Source: Macrostomum lignano
Lineage: Eukaryota
Reading direction: 5' to 3'
Length of the DNA stretch: 64,000 nucleotides
Assembly: GCA_002269645.1 (NCBI GenBank)
Contig: NIVC01002063.1
Location: 124,001-188,000 of the forward strand
The position numbers and the translations under genes are program-made. Below the pieces are notes generated by a model. The model did not search any database. It was not told where the DNA came from and was given only the letters and a program-made list of their open reading frames with translations. Below are positions 59,201-64,000 of this stretch, one piece after another. Position 1 is the first letter of the stretch. Every line of letters begins with the position of its first letter.

Positions 59201-62200
59201 TTAGACTGACAGAGAATGGGGAATTAGACTAAGAGAGAGAATGGGGAATAAGACTGACAGAGAATTGGGAATTAGACTGAGAGAGAATGGGGAATTAGAC
59301 TGAGAGAGAGTGTGGGGAATTCGACAGAGACAATGGAGAAATAGACTCAGAGAGAGAATGGGGAATGAGACTGAGAGAGAATGGGGAATTAGACTGAGAG
59401 AGAGAATGGGGAATGAGACTGAGAGAGAATGGGGAATTAGACTGAGAGAGAATGGGGAATTAGACTGAGAGAGAATGGGGAATTAGACTGAGAGAGAGAG
59501 AATGGGGAATTAGACAGAGAGAGAGTGAATGGGGAATTAGACTGACAGAGAATGGGGAATTAGACTGAGAGAGAATGGGGAATTAGACTGAGAGAGAATG
59601 GGGAATTAGACTGACAGAGAATTGGGAATTAGACTGAGAGAGAATGGGGAATAAGACTGAGAGAGAGTGTGGGGAATTCGACAGAGACAATGGAGAATTA
59701 GACTCAGAGAGAGAATGGGGAATGAGACTGAGAGAGAATGGGGAATTAGACTGAGAGAGAATGGGGAATTAGACTGAGAGAGAGAGAATGGGGAATTAGA
59801 CTGAGAGAGAGAGAATGGGGAATTAGACTGACAGAGAATGGGGAAATAGACTAAGAGAGAGAATGGGGAATATGACTGACAGAGAATTGGGAATTAGACT
59901 GAGAGAGAATGGGGAATTAGACTGAGAGAGAGTGTGGGGAATTCGACAGAGACAATGGAGAATTAGACTCAGAAAGAGAATGGGGAATGAGACTGAGAGA
60001 GAATGGGGAATTAGACTGAGAGAGAATGGGGAATTAGACTGAGAGAGAGAGAATGGGGAATTAGACTGAGAGAGAGAGAATGGGGAATTAGACTGACAGA
60101 GAATGGGGAATTAGACTAAGAGAGAGAATGGGGAATAAGACTGACAGAGAATTGGGAATTAGACTGAGAGAGAATGGGGAATTAGACTGAGAGAGAGTGT
60201 GGGGAATTCGACAGAGACAATGGAGAAATAGACTCAGAGAGAATGGGGAATGAGACTGAGAGAGAATGGGGAATTAGACTGAGAGAGAGAATGGGGAATT
60301 AGACTGAGAGAGAATGGGGAATTAGACTGAGAGAGAATGGGGAATTAGACTGAGAGAGAATGGGGAATTAGACTGAGAGAGAGAGAGAATGGGGAATTAG
60401 ACTGAGAGAGAGTGAATGGGGAATTAGACTGACAGAGAATGGGGAATTAGACTGAGAGAGAGAATGGGGAATTAGACTGAGAGAGAATGGGGAATTAGAC
60501 TGACAGAGAATTGGGAATTAGACTGAGAGAGAATGGGGAATAAGACTGAGAGAGAGTGTGGGGAATTCGACAGAGACAATGGAGAATTAGACTCAGAGAG
60601 AGAATGGGGAATGAGACTGAGAGAGAATGGGGAATTAGACTGAGAGAGAATGGGGAATTAGACTGAGAGAGAGAGAATGGGGAATTAGACTGAGAGAGAG
60701 TAAATGGGGAATTAGACTGACAGAGAATGGGGAATTAGACTGAGAGAGAATGGGGAATTAGACTGAGAGAGAGATAATGGGAAATTAGACTGAGAGAGAG
60801 TAAATGGGGAATTAGACTGACAGAGAATGGGGAATTAGACTGAGAGAGAGTAAATGAGGAATTAGACTGACAGAGATTGGGGAGTTAGACTGAGAGAGAG
60901 AATGGGGAATGAGACTGAGAGAGAATGGGGAATTAGACTGAGAGAGAATGTGGAATTAGACTGAGAGAGAGAGAATGGGGAATGAGACTGAGAGAGAATG
61001 GGGAATTAGACTGAGAGAGAATGGGGAATTAGACTGAGAGAGAGAGAATGGGGAATTAGACTGAGAGAGAGAGAATGGGGAATTAGACTGACAGAGAATG
61101 GGGAATTAGACTAAGAGAGAGAATGGGGAATATGACTGACAGAGAATTGGGAATTAGACTGAGAGAGAATGGGGAATTAGACTGAGAGAGAGTGTGGGGA
61201 ATTCGACAGAGACAATGGAGAATTAGACTCAGAAAGAGAATGGGGAATGAGACTGAGAGAGAATGGGGAATTAGACTGAGAGAGAATGGGGAATTAGACT
61301 GAGAGAGAGAGAATGGGGAATTAGACTGAGAGAGAGTGAATGGGGAATTAGACTGACAGAGAATGGGGAATTAGACTGAGAGAGAGAGAATGGGGAATTA
61401 GACTGAGAGAGAATGGGGAATTAGACTGACAGAGAATGGGGAATTAGACTAAGAGAGAGAATGAGGAAGAAGACTGACAGAGAATTGGGAATTAGACTGA
61501 GAGAGAATGGGGAATTAGACTGAGAGAGAGTGTGGGGAATTCGACAGAGACAATGGAGAAATAGACTCAGAGAGAGAATGGGGAATGAGACTGAGAGAGA
61601 ATGGGGAATTAGACTGAGAGAGAGAATGGGGAATGAGACTGAGAGAGAATGGGGAATTAGACTGAGAGAGAATGGGGAATTAGACTGAGAGAGAATGGGG
61701 AATTAGACTGAGAGAGAGAGAATGGGGAATTAGACTGAGAGAGAGTGAATGGGGAATTAGACTGACAGAGAATGGGGAATTAGACTGAGAGAGAGAATGG
61801 GGAATTAGACTGAGAGAGAATGGGGAATTAGACTGACAGAGAATGGGAATTAGACTGAGAGAGAATGGGGAATTAGACTGAGAGAGAGTGTGGGGAATTC
61901 GACAGAGACAATGGAGAATTAGACTCAGAGAGAGAATGGGGAATGAGACTGAGAGAGAATGGGGAATTAGACTGAGAGAGAATGGGGAATTAGACTGAGA
62001 GAGAGAGAATGGGGAATTAGACTGAGAGAGAGTAAATGGGGAATTAGACTGACAGAGAATGGGGAATTAGACTGAGAGAGAATGGGGAATTAGACTGAGA
62101 GAGAGAGAATGGGAAATTAGACTGAGAGAGAGTAAATGGGGAATTAGACTGACAGAGAATGGGGAATTAGACTGAGAGAGAGTAAATGAGGAATTAGACT

Positions 62201-64000
62201 GACAGAGATTGGGGAGTTAGACTGAGAGAGAGAATGGGGAATGAGACTGAGAGAGAATGGGGAATTAGACTGAGAGAGAATGTGGAATTAGACTGAGAGA
62301 GAGAGAATGGGGAATTAGACTGAGAGAGAGAGAATGGGGAATTAGACTGACAGAGAATGGGGAATTAGACTAAGAGAGAGAATGGGGAATATGACTGACA
62401 GAGAATTGGGAATTAGACTGAGAGAGAATCGGGAATTAGACTGAGAGAGAGAGTGTGGGGAATTCGACAGAGACAATGGAGAATTAGACTCAGAAAGAGA
62501 ATGGGGAATGAGACTGAGAGAGAATGGGGAATTAGACTGAGAGAGAATGGGGAATTAGACTGAGAGAGAGAGAATGGGGAATTAGACTGAGAGAGAGAGA
62601 ATGGGGAATTAGACTGACAGAGAATGGGGAATTAGACTAAGAGAGAGAATGGGGAATATGACTGACAGAGAATTGGGAATTAGACTGAGAGAGAATGGGG
62701 AATTAGACTGAGAGAGAGTGTGGGAATTCGACAGAGACAATGGAGAATTAGACTCAGAAAGAGAATGGGGAATGAGACTGAGAGAGAATGGGGAATTAGA
62801 CTGAGAGAGAATGGGGAATTAGACTGAGAGAGAGAGAATGGGGAATTAGACTGAGAGAGAGTGAATGGGGAATTAGACTGACAGAGAATGGGAATTAGAC
62901 TGAGAGAGAGAATGGGGAATTAGACTGAGAGAGAATGGGGAATTAGACTGACAGAGAATGGGGAATTAGACTAAGAGAGAGAATGGGGAATAAGACTGAC
63001 AGAGAATGGGAATTAGACTGAGAGAGAATGGGGAATGAGACTGAGAGAGAGTGTGGGAATTCGACAGAGACAATGGAGAATAGACTCAGAGAGAGAATGG
63101 GGAATGAGACTGAGAGAGAATGGGAATTAGACTGAGAGAGAGAATGGGGAATGAGACTGAGAGAGAATGGGGAATTAGACTGAGAGAGAATGGGGAATTA
63201 GACTGAGAGAGAATGGGGAATTAGACTGAGAGAGAGATGGGGAATTAGACTGAGAGAGAATGGGGAATTAGACTGAGAGAGAATGGGAATTAGACTGAGA
63301 GAGAGAATGGGGAATTAGACTGAGAGAGAATGGGGAATTAGACTGACAGAGAATGGGAATTAGACTGAGAGAGAATGGGGAATTAGACTGAGAGAGAGTG
63401 TGGGGAATTAGACTGACAGAGAATGGGAATTAGACTCAGAGAGAGAATGGGGAATTAGACTGAGAGAGAATGGGGAATTAGACTGAGAGAGAATGGGAAT
63501 TAGACTGAGAGAGAGATGGGGAATTAGACTGAGAGAGAGTATGGGGAATTAGACTGACAGAGAATGGGGAATTAGACTGAGAGAGAGTAAATGGGAATTA
63601 GACTGACAGAGATGGGGAATTAGACTGAGAGAGAATGGGGAATTAGACTGAGAGAGAATGGGGAATTAGACTGAGAGAGAGAATGTGGGAATTAGACTGA
63701 GAGAGAGATGGGGAATTAGACTGAGAGAGAATGGGGAATTAGACTGACAGAGAATGGGGAATTAGACTGAAGAGAGAGAATGGGGAATTAGACTGACAGA
63801 GAATGGGGAATTAGACTGAGAGAGAATGGGGAATTAGACTGAGAGAGAATGGGGAATTCGACAGAGACAATGGGAATTAGACTGAGAAGAGAATGGGGAA
63901 TGAGACTGAGAGAGAATGGGGAATTAGACTGAGAGAGAATGGGGAATTAGACTGAGAGAGAGAGAATGGGGAATTAGACTGAGAGAGAGAGAATGGGGAA
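56255..64000 (+). repeat. Purine-rich satellite GAATGGGGAATTAGACT(GA)n, unit about 23-31 nt, more than 7.7 kb, running off the window end
   Basis: Tandem array with recurring variant monomers. Confidence 0.98.

Overview
Eukaryotic (animal) genomic DNA, most likely from a flatworm. This is inferred from an EF-hand + dynein-light-chain (TAL) gene; GC-rich exons with minisatellite-filled introns would fit Macrostomum, but that cannot be confirmed here. Six spliced genes were reconstructed by hand from GT/AG junctions and reading-frame phase: the 3' part of PPIP5K/VIP1 (+), a beta-lactamase/EstB-family protein with degenerate catalytic motifs (-), a SEPT2-group septin (+), phosphoserine aminotransferase (+), a tetraspanin (+) and a TAL protein (-). 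A decayed Penelope-like retroelement (RT + GIY-YIG) sits between two inverted copies of a non-coding element. Roughly half of the window is tandem repeat. Almost every larger intron holds its own unrelated minisatellite, and several units are visibly copied from the adjacent exon/intron junction or stop-codon region. Other highlights are a two-exon antisense gene nested in a TAL intron and broken by one extra base, a probable GC-AG intron, a 154-bp hairpin with a central E-box, and higher-order structure in three long satellites. Most long ORFs in the supplied track are repeat artefacts. Exon coordinates are manual, and copy numbers are array length divided by unit length.
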